Assembly (NCBI GenBank): GCA_963833985.1
Contig: CAWIAD010000001.1
Location: 352,001 to 416,000 of the forward strand
Source of the DNA: an uncultured Planctomycetaceae bacterium
GTDB lineage: Bacteria; Planctomycetota; Planctomycetia; Isosphaerales; Isosphaeraceae
Direction of reading: 5' to 3'
Length of the DNA stretch: 64,000 nucleotides
The notes under the pieces are model-generated. The model had not been told where the DNA came from. It ran no database searches and saw only the letters and a program-made list of their open reading frames with translations. A program made the translations under genes and the position numbers. This document shows positions 10,741 through 23,800 of the stretch, one piece after another. The stretch's first letter is position 1. Every line of letters starts with the position of its first letter.

Positions 10741-12266
10741 TCAGGCTGAGTTCAGCTTCCTGTAGAGGTCCACGTACCGGCCGAACACGTCGTCGTAGAC
10801 CGAGGCGTTGGCCGCGTTCGGCTCGACGGTCTTCTCGATGGCGACCATGGCGGTCGCGGCTTCGTCGAAGTCGCGGTAGACGCCGGCTGCCACGGAGGCT
10901 GCCATGGCCGACCCCAGCGCGCACGACTCGGTCTCACGGGTCAGGTGCACCGGCCGCTTCAGGAGGTCGGCATGGATCTGGAGCCAGAGCGGCGACCGTG
11001 CGCCACCCCCGCCCACGAAGATCCGCTCGACGGCCAGGCCGTGTGCGGCCGCGTCAGCCAGGATGTGCCGCGTGCCGCAGGCCGTGGCCTCGTACAGGGC
11101 ACGAAAGACGTGCCCCGGACCGTGCGCCAGGGAGAGGCCGACGATGGCGCCACGCGCCTGGGGGTTCTTGTACGGCGACCGGTTCCCCTGCCAGTCATCG
11201 CGCACGATCAGGCCCTCGGAACCCGGGGGAACCGCCGCGGCCTGTTCGTCGAGCACCTGGTAGACGTGCACCCCGCGGCGCTGGGCTTCGGCCTGTTCGC
11301 GGCCGGCGAAGTGGCGGCGGTACCAGTCAAGAATGGAACCGGTCGCGGTCTGCCCGGCCTCGATGGTGTACAGTCCTTCGACGGTGGCGTCCGGGTAGCA
11401 GCCGGCCGCACCGGAGCCGAAGACACCCGAGCGCGACTGGGCCAGGTGACAGGTGCTGGAGCCCACGATCACCGCGACATCTCCATCGCTGGTTGCCCCC
11501 AGGCCCAGCATTCCCAGGTACGCGTCAATTCCGCCCTGGGCCACCGGCGTCCCGGCGATGAGGCCCAGATCCAGGGCAGCCGCGGCATCGAGCCGGGCCT
11601 CGCCCTTGCCCAGCGGGATGATTCGCTCGGGCCATTTCGAGGGAAGCTCGGCAAGCCCCACCGACGTCAGCAGGGCCAGCGGCCAGCCGCCGTCGGGCCG
11701 GGCGTAGTTCCACTTCACCGCAACGTGGTTCAGCGAGAGCGTCCACTGGCCCGTCAGGCGGTACATCATCCAGTCGGTGCATTCCACGATGCGGTCCGCG
11801 CGCTGGTACGTCTCGGGCTCGTGATTCTTGATCCAGAGCGCCTTGGGGAGCATCCATTCCGGCGAGACGCGACCGGAGACGTAGCGCAGTACGGGGTGGC
11901 CGGTCTGGCTGATCGTCTCGGCCTCGCGGTAGGGCGCTGGTCCATCCAGAGCAGGGCGGGCCGGAGCGCATTCCCCTCCAGGTCGCAGGCCAGCACGGTG
12001 CAGGCCGTGCAGTCCAGCCCGATGGCGATCACCTGCTCGGGCGCGGCGCCTGCCTGGCTGAGCGCCTGCGCCACCGCGGTCCGCGCGGCGCTCCACCACC
12101 CGGCGGGGTCCTGTTCCGCCCAGGTGGGACGGGGATACGTGGTTTCAATCGGCGCGACGCCGAAAGCCGCCGATCTCCCCTGAAGGTCAAAGAGTGCCGC
12201 GCGAAGGCTCTGGGTGCCGACGTCGAGCCCCAATACGAAGCGTTCCTGCGCCAGTTGGGTGTTCAT
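10741..12266 (-). CDS. FGGY-family carbohydrate kinase (ribulokinase-like), frameshift near 11935
   Basis: LGLDVGTQSLR, AEQDPAGWW, LLWMDQR, GGIDA, GSSTC, WQGNRSP, GGGARSPLWLQIHAD. Confidence 0.88.
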
Positions 12267-12329
12267 GAGTCGCCTCGAATCGCTGGAGAGCTTTCGTTTT
12301 CGAAGGACAACCTTCCGAGGGAAACGCAA

Positions 12330-12794
12330 TCAGGACAGCGGGCCGCGGTCCGGCTTGCGGCGATCAATGACGAACGTCACGGGGCCGTCGTTGACGAGTG
12401 CGACCTTCATCATCGCACGGAAGACGCCCGTGGCGATCTCCAGCCCCGAGGCCGCAAGCAGGGTCGTGAAGCGATTGTACAGAGCTTCGGCGCGTGCGGG
12501 CTCGGCGGCCGCCGTGAAGCTGGGCCTGCGCCCGGACCGGCAATCGCCCAGCAGGGTGAACTGGCTGATCACCAGGATGCCGCCTCGAACGTCGAGCACG
12601 CTACGGTTCATCTTCCCCTGTTCGTCCTCGAAAGCCCGCAGGTTCAGCAGCTTGTCAGCCATCCAGACGGCGTCCTGGTCCTCGTCCTCGCGGGCGACGC
12701 CCAGGAGCACCAGCCAGCCCGGGCCAATCTGCCCCACGATCGCCCCGCCGACCTCGACGGACGCCCGGGAAACGCGCTGAATGACGGCACGCAT
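12330..12794 (-). CDS. dtd: D-aminoacyl-tRNA deacylase
   Basis: [25 protein letters not shown]. Confidence 0.95.
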   Translation of the reverse strand: MRAVIQRVSRASVEVGGAIVGQIGPGWLVLLGVAREDEDQDAVWMADKLLNLRAFEDEQGKMNRSVLDVRGGILVISQFTLLGDCRSGRRPSFTAAAEPARAEALYNRFTTLLAASGLEIATGVFRAMMKVALVNDGPVTFVIDRRKPDRGPLS

Positions 12795-12978
12795 GAACCT
12801 CATCTCGTCAAGGAATTCACCAGGTAATCCGCAACATCTTAACGCCCGGACTGGCCGCCTGCTGCGGTCTTGTTCCGGGTAGCTGAGTTTCAGGCAAGCT
12901 GATAACCTCTTGAGGTCTGGAGAAGGCCGCGCGGGTCCGCTGCGCCGGGGGTGGGAAGACGACCGCGAGGAGGCGACG

Positions 12979-13999
12979 TTGGGCGAGGCGAAGCAAGTGC
13001 GGCTGCGGGCGGGGATCATTGGCCTGGGGCGGCTCTGGGAAACCCGGCACAAGCCCTCGCTGGCGCGGATGCAGGACCGGTTCCGAATCACGGCGGTGTA
13101 TGACCAGGTCTTCCGCAGGGCTGAAATCGAGGCCGCACAGATTGGCTGCGCGGCGTGCGAGGGTCTGGCCGCGCTGGTGGAACGGCCGGACGTGGACGTC
13201 ATTTACCTGCTGTCGCCGCAGTGGTTCGGCTTGCACCCCGCGCACCTGGCCTGCGCCGCGGGGAAGGCCGTTTACTGCGGGTTACCCCTGGCGGGCAACC
13301 TCCCGGAGCTGGAAGAGCTCATCGAGCGCGTGGACGCCTCGCGGATCGCCTTCATGCCCGAGTTCGCGCGACGGTGCTATCCGGCCACGCTGCGGCTCAG
13401 GGAGCTGCTGGCGACCACGCTGGGGCCTGCGCGGCTGGTTCTCGGCCACGCGCGGCTCTTCGGGTTTGACCGCTACGCGGTCCCCGGACCGGCCACGCAG
13501 ATCGCTCCGGCACCCTTGCTCGTCGACCCGGGAAGCTTCCTCATCGACTGGTGCACGTTCCTCATGCAGGCGCTGCCGGTCTTGATCCGGGGCACGCGCA
13601 GCACGGTCTTGCCCGCCGAGGCCGGCGCAGGCCGAGTCCGACTTCGAGAGCTTCATGGCGACGTTTCCCGGCGGGGCCACGGCTCACATCGCCTTCGGTC
13701 GCTATTACCAGTCGCGCTGGGGAGAGGCCACGCGGTTCCTGCCCCCCTCCGGTTTCCAGATCTACGCCGAGCGCGGTGCGGCCTGGCTGGAGATGCCGGA
13801 GCGGATCCAGTGGTGGGATGGTACTGGCGCCCACGAGGAGCGCCTGCCGCTCGAGCCCACCATCGGGGACGTGCTCAACGATCAGTTCTACCGGCTGGTG
13901 AACAAGGGGCAATCCCTGGCGCCCACCATCCACGACGCTTACAAGATCGCGCGGCTGGCGCAGGACGTCAAGCAGAGCCAGCAAGCGCAGGCCACATGA
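12979..13999 (+). CDS. Gfo/Idh/MocA family oxidoreductase, frameshift near 13630
   Basis: RAGIIGLG Rossmann start, DVDVIYL; GAGGAGG RBS before TTG 12979; C-terminal half is ORF 13655-13999. Confidence 0.75.
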
Positions 14000-14006
14000 G
14001 CACTTC

Positions 14007-15716
14007 ATGACGCCATCAGGTCCGGGGCCCGCGATGCTCAGGGAAAACTCGCCGGTCTGGATCATCGCCGTGGTCGCCGCGGCCCTGGTGGGGCTGATCC
14101 TGCTGCGGGATTCCATTCGATCCAGCTCCGCGACCTACGACGAGGTCGCATATCTGGCCGTTGCAGCCCGCTGGTGGCGCACCGGAGAGCAGTTCCAGAT
14201 CACCCGCATGGGCTCGCCGCTCACCTTCTGGAAGCTTCAGCAGGCGCCCGTGTTCTGGGTGCTGGACCGGACCGACCGCGGCGGGCTCATCGATGATCCG
14301 ATCCGCCGGCAGGCCGAGCTGCTGCCGCTGGCGCGGCTGGGCGGACTGTGGATCTGGGTGGCCGCACTCGTCCTCTGCGCCGGCTGGAGCCGGCGGCTGT
14401 ACGGTCCGCGCGCCATGGCGCTGGCCGCCTGGCTGTTCGTGCTGTCCCCAAACTTGCTGGCCCATGGCGCGCTCGTCACCATGGAGATGCCACTGGTGGC
14501 GTGCAGTACGGGAATGCTCTTCCTGTTCTGGCTCTTCCTCGAGACTGGCCGCGTTCGCTGGTTCTGGGCCTCGGCCTGCGTGGCCGGCCTGAGTTTCTCC
14601 TGCAAGTACACCACCGTGCTGTACCCGCCAATCCTCGCCCTCCTCTGGTGGGTCGACCGCCTGCGCCGGGAGGTACCGAAGCGCTTCTTGCAGACGGCCC
14701 GCCGCGTGGCCCAGGGAATGACGGCCTACGTGCTGGTGCTGCTGCTGGTCAACTTCGCGGTCCCCGGCTTTGCGATGCTTCCGCTCAGCCAGCGAGCCGG
14801 CGAACACCCCACGCTGAGCGCCCGGTTCAGCGGCCCGCTTGTCACATGGATGGGCCGGCTTTACGAAACGCCTCTGCCGCAAGACTGGGTAGGCCTGGCC
14901 ACCCAGATGCACCACCAGAGGTCGGGCGGGGCCAGCTATCTGCTGGGGCAACGGCGCATGACGGGCTGGTGGTATTACTACTTCGTCGCCCTGGCGGTGA
15001 AGGTTCCCCTGTCGTTCTGGCTGCTGGTCGCGGCACGGTCCGAGATCTCCAGACGCCAGTGGGGTAAGGGCCAGCCAGGCGACGGGTTCCTGCTGGGCGT
15101 GATCGCCCTCTTTCTGGCCGTCACGGCAGCAGGATCCACGCGCAATTATGGTATTCGCTATCTGCTGCCCCTGGCGCCCCTGGCAATCGTGTGGGTCTCC
15201 CGGCTCGCCGAAGCAGTGCCGGGAAGGAAAGGCCGCTGGCATGGGTGGCCGGCATGGGTGGCCGGCCTCGGGCTGGCGGGGCAGGGGATTGCCGTCGCCT
15301 CGGTCCATCCCCACGAGCTAGTCTATTTTCACGCCCTGGCCGGCGGTCCGCTGGGAGGCCGGCGCATCCTGGCCGATTCCAACCTGGACTGGGGCCAGGG
15401 CCTCAAGGCGCTGGTGCGGCTTCAGCAGGCAGAGCCGCAATATTGCGATGTGACCTTCTACTACTTCGGTGACAGCGACCCCGCGTTCTACGGCGTCCGG
15501 GGAGCGGTTCATACCGTGAACGCAGTGGCGCAGGCCGCCACGTTGCCGCCTGTGCAGAGCGTGTCCACCCGCTACGTCGCGGTCTCCGCGTCGCTCCAGT
15601 GGGGGCCCTGGGGACCGCCCGGCTTCTTCCAGGCCCTCAATGCGATCGAGCCGGTCCGGATGACGGACGACACGACGATCGCGATATACCGGGCCGAGGA
15701 TCTGCGCTCTCAGTAG
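14007..15716 (+). CDS. ArnT/PMT-like GT-C membrane glycosyltransferase
   Basis: SATYDEVAY, SPNLLAHGALVT, KYT, WWYYY...KVP, GIRYLLP, DSNLDWGQ; many TM segments. Confidence 0.82.
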   Translation: MTPSGPGPAMLRENSPVWIIAVVAAALVGLILLRDSIRSSSATYDEVAYLAVAARWWRTGEQFQITRMGSPLTFWKLQQAPVFWVLDRTDRGGLIDDPIRRQAELLPLARLGGLWIWVAALVLCAGWSRRLYGPRAMALAAWLFVLSPNLLAHGALVTMEMPLVACSTGMLFLFWLFLETGRVRWFWASACVAGLSFSCKYTTVLYPPILALLWWVDRLRREVPKRFLQTARRVAQGMTAYVLVLLLVNFAVPGFAMLPLSQRAGEHPTLSARFSGPLVTWMGRLYETPLPQDWVGLATQMHHQRSGGASYLLGQRRMTGWWYYYFVALAVKVPLSFWLLVAARSEISRRQWGKGQPGDGFLLGVIALFLAVTAAGSTRNYGIRYLLPLAPLAIVWVSRLAEAVPGRKGRWHGWPAWVAGLGLAGQGIAVASVHPHELVYFHALAGGPLGGRRILADSNLDWGQGLKALVRLQQAEPQYCDVTFYYFGDSDPAFYGVRGAVHTVNAVAQAATLPPVQSVSTRYVAVSASLQWGPWGPPGFFQALNAIEPVRMTDDTTIAIYRAEDLRSQ

Positions 15717-16276
15717 AGGTCTCTGCCGCGCGAGATCCGGTCTTCCAGCCCATCGGCGAGGTCCGCGATGCGGCGGATCATGCTCTGGGCGTCGGCGGAA
15801 GCGGCCGATTCCACGGCGAGGTTCTCGACGACCACGAAATACTCCTCGCCGCGCAGCACGCGGATCGCGAAATGGCCGTCGGTCATCCGGACGTTGAGCT
15901 TCAGCAAGAGCCGGCAGTCGCGGTCGTTCGCCGGCGCAGAGATGGACACCAGCGAAAGCAAGGCCCGGCCTTCCGAGTCGGTTCCCGCCGGGCCGATGTA
16001 CACGGCCTGCTTGCGGTCCAGACGAGCGGGGACCGTGACCCGCCAACCATGATGAGAGGTGTCCACGTCGAAGCCGGAGCGGGCGACAAAATCACGGATC
16101 AGCCGCGCGACATCGGGATCGGCCGGCTCCGGAGCCTCGTAGGGCCCCAGAGCCTCGGCCCCGGCGCCGGCGTCGGCCTGCACGCCGCCGAGGGGCAAGC
16201 CGCAAGCGGCACAGAACCGCTCCGATTCCAGGTTGGCCAGCGTGCAACGGGCGCAGACGATCATGATGGAAGTCAT
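15710..16276 (-). CDS. Zinc-ribbon protein with YbjN/CesT-like domain (hypothetical)
   Basis: CARC...FCAACG; C-terminus LLKLNVRM...GHFAI...ADLADGLED. Confidence 0.6.
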   Translation of the reverse strand: MTSIMIVCARCTLANLESERFCAACGLPLGGVQADAGAGAEALGPYEAPEPADPDVARLIRDFVARSGFDVDTSHHGWRVTVPARLDRKQAVYIGPAGTDSEGRALLSLVSISAPANDRDCRLLLKLNVRMTDGHFAIRVLRGEEYFVVVENLAVESAASADAQSMIRRIADLADGLEDRISRGRDLY

Positions 16277-16324
16277 GTCTTGCTGCTCGTCATGAAGGTC
16301 AATCCGATCAGGCCCGGAACGACG

Positions 16325-16895
16325 TCATTCCTTGACTTCCAGTGTGGCAATAAGTGCGTCGAACGCCGGCTTCAGTGCCGTCATGGTCTTGTCCGGTCCG
16401 ACCATCTTCAAATAATAAGCGACCCGGTCGGTGGTGACGACGGCCACCAGCATCCGCGCATGGTCGCGTTCGGGCTCGGCCGGCATGCCGGGGATCGCGC
16501 CGGGCTTGTAATGGCCGGCGGTCTCCACGCGCGTCACCTCGGTATTCTTGCCCTTGACGGTCTTGCTGTCGATCCGCGGAGGGTTGCCCTCCGCGTCCTT
16601 GAACTGTCCTTGCCAGCGCTTCAGGTTGGCCTCCATCGAGCCCGCGCCGCCTGGGAACGCGTACACCACCAGCAGCGCCGGGTAGTCGTCGCCGGCAACC
16701 GGCTCCGCCTTGAGCTGGGCCTTGCGAAACGAAGAGTTCGTGGGAACCGTCTTCCAGGACTCGGGTACCTGGAAGGTGACCCCGCCCGCGTCGACGGCCC
16801 GGGTGGGTTCATCCGCACCCGCGAGCAGCGCGTAGCGCGGCCGCGCCCGCCAGAATACCGATCGCGCGGTGCCGAATACCAATCATCGTGTTCAT
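16325..16895 (-). CDS. Exported planctomycete hypothetical protein; probable frameshift in the signal peptide near 16835
   Basis: Body FQVPESWK...GGAGSMEANLKRWQGQF...YYLKMVGP; signal-like MNTMIGIRHRAIGILAGAAA lies in the adjacent frame from ATG 16895. Confidence 0.65.
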
Positions 16896-17061
16896 TGCGT
16901 GAGGTCCTCCATTGCATTTCCGCGAATGACTTGCCCGCTTGCGGACAGGGCGCCCTGCGAATACCTTACAGCCAGAAGCGAGTAATCGCAGCAGCCTTGC
17001 CGGGGCCAGTCCGTCAGGGTCCAGGGTCAGTCCATACCTCTGCGTGCCAAGGGAGCCGGTT

Positions 17062-17844
17062 GTGAATCGAATTTCGATCGCGTGTTTGAGCCTGGTTCTC
17101 CTGGGCGGAACGGCCACAACCGGGTGGGCTCAGAAGAAAGCGCCAGGCGGCGCCCGGGTGTTCCTGCTTTCCGGCGGCCAGCGACAGCATCACGGCTATC
17201 GCGACCAGGCATTCTACCTTGCCGGGCTGCTGGAGAACACCGGTCGCTTCGAGGTCACGCTGGGCGAGGATGCCGCCATCCTGGAGACACCCGCTCTCCG
17301 CAAGTACGCCGTCATCATCGCCAGCGCCGACCGTCGCGACCCCGAGTTCAAGTACTCGAAGGCTCAGCAGCAGGCGCTCCTGGAATTCGTCCGCTCCGGC
17401 GGAGGCTACGTCTCGATCCACGCCGCGGACAACGCCGCACCGGACTGGCCGCCCGAGTTCAAGGAGATGCTCGGCGGCATCTTCTCGCACATCGGCATGC
17501 CAGATGGCAAGGTCCGCAAGGGATCGTACGTCGTGAAGATCGTGGACAGGGACAGCCCGATCACCCACGGGCTGGACGATTTTCCGCTGCATGACGAGCT
17601 GTACTACAACATCCAGATGGCTGCCGGCGTTGCACCCCTGGCCACGGTGGAATACGACGGCACCGCCTGGCCAGTGGCCTGGACGCGGACCTTCGGTAAG
17701 GGCCGCGTGTTCCACCTGGTGCTCGGCCATCGCGACTTCGGTCCGGACAAGGACGATCCACTGCGCAATCCGAACCTGGGCCGGCTGATCGTGCAGGGCG
17801 TGAGCTGGACGGTGGACAACACGAACGTCTCCCGGTGCGATTGA
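17062..17844 (+). CDS. ThuA-domain (class I GATase-like) exported protein
   Basis: Signal peptide; GGGYVSIHAA, DELYY, WPVAWTRTFGKGRVFHLVLGH. Confidence 0.85.
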   Translation: MNRISIACLSLVLLGGTATTGWAQKKAPGGARVFLLSGGQRQHHGYRDQAFYLAGLLENTGRFEVTLGEDAAILETPALRKYAVIIASADRRDPEFKYSKAQQQALLEFVRSGGGYVSIHAADNAAPDWPPEFKEMLGGIFSHIGMPDGKVRKGSYVVKIVDRDSPITHGLDDFPLHDELYYNIQMAAGVAPLATVEYDGTAWPVAWTRTFGKGRVFHLVLGHRDFGPDKDDPLRNPNLGRLIVQGVSWTVDNTNVSRCD

Positions 17845-17874
17845 CGCACGAGCCAGGCTTCCGGCAACGGCCGG

Positions 17875-20800
17875 TCAATCCACGATCTGGAGCTGGACCT
17901 CGTCGGAGTTGGCCTTCAGCTCTGGGGCATACATCGCCTCGGCGCGGGCCGGCAGCGCATGGAACTTGCCGGGAATCTCCGCGCGGAGGCGGTAGGCCAC
18001 GCTGTGCTTGCCCCGCGCCAGGCTGCTGGCGAAGAAGGCCACGCGGTCGTCGCGGAACTCGACGTACGCGCCCAGGTCGTTGCCATTGTAGCCGCTCTGC
18101 ACCTCGACCGGCTCGAATCCGGCCGCCTTGTGATCCTCGAAGACGAGGTACTCGTAGTCGTTCTTGCTGTCGATCTCCAGCTCGATCTCGACAAGCTCGC
18201 CGCTCTTGAGCGTGGCTCCGTCCGCCAGGAGCTCGCGCCGGAAGTGCTCGGTTCGCTGAGCGACGGCCTGGCCGCGGCCGCCGGCCACGTTCACCGCCTT
18301 GTCCTCGCTCACCAGGCGATACACCTTGCGAGCCACCTTGATCTCCAGGCCCGCGCGGGTGATCGGGTCCTCGAGCGTGAAGTTGGTCAGGTAGGCATTG
18401 AAATAGAGCGGCCCCTGACCCTGGCGGCTGAAGGTGATCGTGTGCGGCCCGGCCGCAAGCTGCGCACCTTCCAGCACGAAGGCGTTGTCGAAATGGAACA
18501 GGTCCGCCGGAGTGATCCTCACCTGCTTGCGGATCTGGCCGTCGACCGCGACCGTCACCGTCATGTCCGGCCGGTCCTCGCCGCTGGCTTGCAGGTAATC
18601 CGCCAGCGCCTCGATGCAGTACGCGGTGTCGCGGGTGGAGCTCCAGTAGCAGCCGTGACCGCGATGATTCAGCACGTACTTCACCAGCCGCGCGGCCAGC
18701 TCGCCTTTCGGGTCCGTGCGCGCCAGCAGCTTCAGGTAGAAGGCGTGAGTCTCGATCTCGCTGCCGTACCAGAACCACCAGTAGCCTTCGCTGGGAAGCT
18801 TGAGGTAAGCCGTCTGGTTCTCGTCGTCCTGCACGACATACTGACCGATGTTCCTGAGCACCATGGCCAGCTTCTCCTTTTCCCCCAGCCGTTCGAGCGC
18901 CAGTCCGAAAAGTGCCTTGGAGTAGACGGAGAGGTGCGCGCGATCGCGGTCGAGGAAGCCGAGCATGGCGTCGTTCCGCACGCCTCCCTCGACCAGGGTC
19001 AGGAAAACCAGGGCGTCGGTATCGTCGGCCTGTTTCTTGTGCGGCTTGACGTCGCTGATGGCGTTTTGCAGGAGCCGCACCTGCCGGTTCTGGTGGCCGG
19101 ACAGCCAGTTCATGCCGCGGTCGAGCATCTCCGGAGGCAAGGCCAGGTCATTCTGACGGGCGAGTTGCAGGCCGTGCACAACCTGCGCCGTGGTGTGCGG
19201 TGAGGTATGCTCGCCGAAGCCGGAGAACCAGCCCCAGCCGCCGTCGGCAAGCTGCATGTCGGCGAGCCGGCTGATCCCGGCGGAGGCCATGCGCGCCACC
19301 TCGGCGCGGTCGAAGACCGGGTTGTGCGGATAACCCTGCCAGCGCCCGGCCCGGAGCTTCGGGTCGCCCAGCTCCTGGGCGTTGAGGTTCACCCGCTTGT
19401 CGCGAATGGCCTCCAGCTCGACGCCCAGCTTGATGAGCAGCCGCTGGGCGATGACCGTCGGCAGGAAGCGGTTCAGCGTTTGTTCGGTGCAGCCATACGG
19501 ATAGTCGGCCAGGTAGGGCAGGGCATCCACCATGGCGCCGGCGAGCGTGGGCGAGTAGCGCACCTCGAGCCGCGACTGCTCGGGCCTGCGTTCCGCGGGC
19601 ACGCGCACCGCGACCTCGGCCCTTTCACGGTCGGCGCCAGTGAACCGGCGACGGCCTCGGTCTTGAGCATGCCGTGCACCTTGGCGGGGAAGGACATCTG
19701 CGCGGCGTCCGACTCTTCATCCGTGAGCGCCTTCATGACGACGATCGCTTGCCCCTCGTGCAGGACCTTCACCCGCCAGTCGACCCGCTGCTCGCCGCCG
19801 GCGGCGATCTCCACGCTTCGCGCCGGCACGTCGAGCATCTCGAGCACGCTCCCCTCGCACCCGAGCACCACCTGCACGGTCTTCCTCGACTTCAGCTTGT
19901 TGTGCACGTTCGCCGACAGGACGACCTCATCCTTCTGGACGAAGAACCGCGGCGCCTGAAGACGGACCAGCAAGTTCTTGGTGGTGATGACCTCCGCATC
20001 ACCCTGGCCCACGCGCGTGCCCTTGCCCAGCGTCCAGGCCTTGACCTTCCAGGTGGTAAGACTTTCGGGGATGGTGAATTCGACCTCGGCCGTGCCGTCG
20101 GCCGTGGAGACAAGCGCGGGTGCCCAGAAAGCGGTGTCGGCGAAGTTCGTGCGCACGACGGGCTGAACGGGGGCGGGCGCGGGCGCGGCGTCCCCTTCGA
20201 AGCTGTCCGAGGAGATGACCGCGCCCGCCGGGAGCCGATCAGCCTCCCCCCTCCACTGGGGACTCGCGCTCTTTGATTTCTCATAACCGGCCGGGGCAGC
20301 GGCCGCAAACATCCGAGCGCGCCTTCCAAGATTCATGCCGCCCCCCATGCCGCCCAGGCCCGCCATGCGTCCCATGTCGCGCGCGGCCGCCTGGTCGCCC
20401 AGGGCAGCCACGTCGTAAGTGCTATCCTGATCGGGGACCCCCAGCACCTGCATGGCGATCTCATTCTGGCGAATCACGTTCTCCATCCGGCGGTCCAGAC
20501 TCGACTCCGCGTACGGGTGATGGCTCCGCCGCCAGCTCCAGAAGAAGCTCTTGATGTCGCCCACGTTCGAGCCGCCGGCGATCGCCTCCACGGACTTGTC
20601 GTAGACCGTGAGCGCGGTCGATCCCACGAATGGCTTGCCGTCGGAGCCCGTCAGCTTCACCCGCACGCGCGCTTTCTGGCCCGGCTTGTACGTGGTGGCG
20701 GAAGGCTCCACGGCAACATTGACTACCCGCGATTCGGGCGGCACGACAATCTGCCGGGCCTCGGTATGGACCCTGCCGCGGGAAACCGTGAGCGCCTCGA

Positions 20801-23800
20801 TGAAGATGTTCGGCATGTCGCCCGCCACGATGCCGATCTCCTCGACCGTACTCTTGCCGCGGAGATGAACAATCCGCGGGGGCGCATAGACGCCGCCGGC
20901 GGGACGCACGAAGAGCAGTACCGTCGAGTTCACCTGGTTCGTGTGGATCAGAAGGCGCAGCGTGTCGCCGGGACGGTATTCCTTGCGGTCCGGGATGATC
21001 TCCAGATCGCCATAGCGGAACGAAGCGTCGTCGAAGCCCTCGCCTCGGATCGTGAACAGGTAGCCCCCCTCGATGCGGTGCCCCTGGCTGTCATCGATCG
21101 TGGCCGAGATGCGGTACTGCCCCGGTGCAGAGGCCTTGATGGTCTGGTTGGCTCGCCCATTCGCATCGAGTGCCAGGTCCCAGCGCTCCACGGGTGTCTC
21201 GACTGGCTTGCCGGTGGCGTCATAACGAACCTGGAGCAAGGCGAGCGTCCCCTTGCCAGCCACCGGCTTGTGGTCGAGCGTCTCTGCCGCGACGCTGGCC
21301 TCAATCGTCTCGCCCGTGCGGTAATGGCCGCGATCCAGCCACGTGTGCACCTTGAAGGGCTGGCGCGCGACGAGCACGGTCCCCGTGCCGACGATCGTTC
21401 GCCGCGACCGGTCGGTCACCTCGGCCATGATTTCGTAACGCTGGTCCTGGTCGGGATGGTTCCGCTGCGCCGGCGCCGTGTCGATCTCGATCGGAAACGT
21501 GCCGTCAGGGCGAATGGGCACTTCGGCCTGGGCGATGACCTCTGGCGGACCTTGCGGCCCGGACCACATCCACCAGGGCCTGGGCCGGGCAATGCCCCAC
21601 CGCGACCAGCCGGGATACCACGGCGCATCGACGGCGAACCACCAGTAACCCGGACCGAAGAGCCAGTCCCAGCGCGCGGGCGGATACCAGAACTCGTCGG
21701 CCGCCACGCGCGTGACCTTGTACCTCACCTTCGCTTCGGCCACCGGCGCACCGAAATAGTAGTTCGCCTTGATGGTCGCCACCACCTTCTCACCGAGCGT
21801 CACCGGCGCACCGGGCGCGTCGACCTTCACCTCAAACTCGGGCTTCTTGTACTCCTCGACCCGGAACGTGCCCCCGCCAAGGTTCGGTAGGAGAAGCTGG
21901 TACACGCCGAGGGCGGCATCGGAGGCCAGCTCGAACGATCCATCGAAGCCGCCAAACGCGTCGGTCTGGAACGTCTTGCTGAGCAGCTTTTCACCCTTTG
22001 GATTGTGGATCTCCACGGGGAACGTCCGGTGCGCGAAGTCCTCGGCAGCGCCGTGCTCGTAGCGAGCCCTTGCCACCCAGCACTTGAACTTCACTGGCTG
22101 TCCGGGCCGGTAAACCGGGCGGTCGGTGATCGTGTAGACCTTCGTCTCGTTGAACTCGGACGGCTGATGCATGGAACCCCAGGCCGGGCTGAAGCCGAGG
22201 TGCGCGAACCGGCCGTTGCGCGTGCGTGCGATGCACAGCGACTGGCTCCATTGCTCGCCGCCGGCGGGCACACGCCTGGGAACCTGAACCTGGCCCATCG
22301 TGTCCGAGCGCAAGACCGCGCCGCTGGTGTCGACACGGTACTGGTTCTTGCCCGGCACCTGGACCATCCGCCAGTCAAACAGCTCGATGTCGGCCCCGGC
22401 GACCGGCTCACCGGTCCGGGAATCGGCGATGAAGTAATAGATGCCTGTGGCCGTTGGCTTCTTGAGGATCACTGTGTCGTCGAGCCAGACGATGATGTGG
22501 CTGGTGTTCCCGCCGGCCATGCGCGCCGTCAGCAGGTACACGCCGGCCTTCTGCAAGGGCGTGCTCACGGTGATCCGCCGGTCGAAATGCCCCGCGGGCG
22601 GGTCCAGTTCCAGGTCCCAGCGCCACGGACCGGCCCAGGTATTGCTTCTGGTCGAGGGTGATCAGCCGCGTGCCGATGTCATTGACGTCGATTTGCTGCC
22701 AGTTGATCTGGGGCGGACCGGAATCGAGATAATCCTTCACGGCCTTCAAGAGCCTGTTGACGAGCACCTCGTGGGCCTCGAACGCGACACTCTTGCCGTT
22801 GCGAAAGCGGAAGCTTGCCGTGGCTCCCTGGCCGGCCGGCTGGACCGTGCCACCATCGAACTCGCCCCAGGCGCCGAGGATCTGCGCCAGGTGCTGGCCC
22901 TTGCCGCCTCCCTCGTCGCCATACCGCTGCTTGCTCTGCTTCAGGTAATCCGCCGCGCGGTCGAGCTGGCGGCGGTTCTCGCAGATCGCCGCAAGCTGCA
23001 CGAGCGCCTCGTCGCCATGGCCCGTGCGGGGGTCGTCGGCAATGGCCTGGTAGAGCTTGATCGGGTTGAACTCATCGGGCAGCGTGAACCGCTTCACGCC
23101 CGTCGCAAGCCGGGCCATCGTTTCATCATCCTTGAGCGTGGAGAGCGCGCGCGGACCGGCCAGAGCCGCCCGGTTGTCTTCCATGGGCCCGTAAGACATC
23201 GCGTTCGCCAGCGTCTGCGTGCCGAACTGGCCCTGCCAGAAACTCGCTTGCTGGAGCCTCGTGTCGTTCAGCAGGCCCGGATTGAGCTCGACGGCCTGGG
23301 CCAGCGCCCACCGCCAGCGCTCGCCGTCATTCCGCGCAGCCGCCCAGTCGCGGGGAGCGCGGTAATAGACCGGCGTGCCATCCGCCTGCACGGGTGCGCC
23401 GGCCTGCGCCGCCCCAGAACGATTCCTCGGCCTCGTCGAAATCGGGCAAGTTCTCCAGGGGCGTGAGCGTCTGCAATCGCCACGCCTCGCCGTTCTCGCG
23501 GTCGGCCAGCACGGCCCCGGTGAGCGCGAACAGGTAGCGTCCCGCGGCCTGCCGGTCAGCGTCGGCCCGCGCCCGATCGAGCCCCTGGAGCAGAAGCTGA
23601 AGCGCCCGCACGCGATCGCGCTGGGCCGCGTTCACGAACCGGCCGCCACCCTGGAGATTGCCGCGATGAAACGTGCCGGCGACGACGAACCCGTAATGCA
23701 GCGGGCCGCCCAGATACGATTCGGCCGCGGCCTGGAGCAGCCGCCAGTTGTCCCTGTGCACCGCGATCACCGCCTCGCGGAAGGCGTCGATCTCATCGAC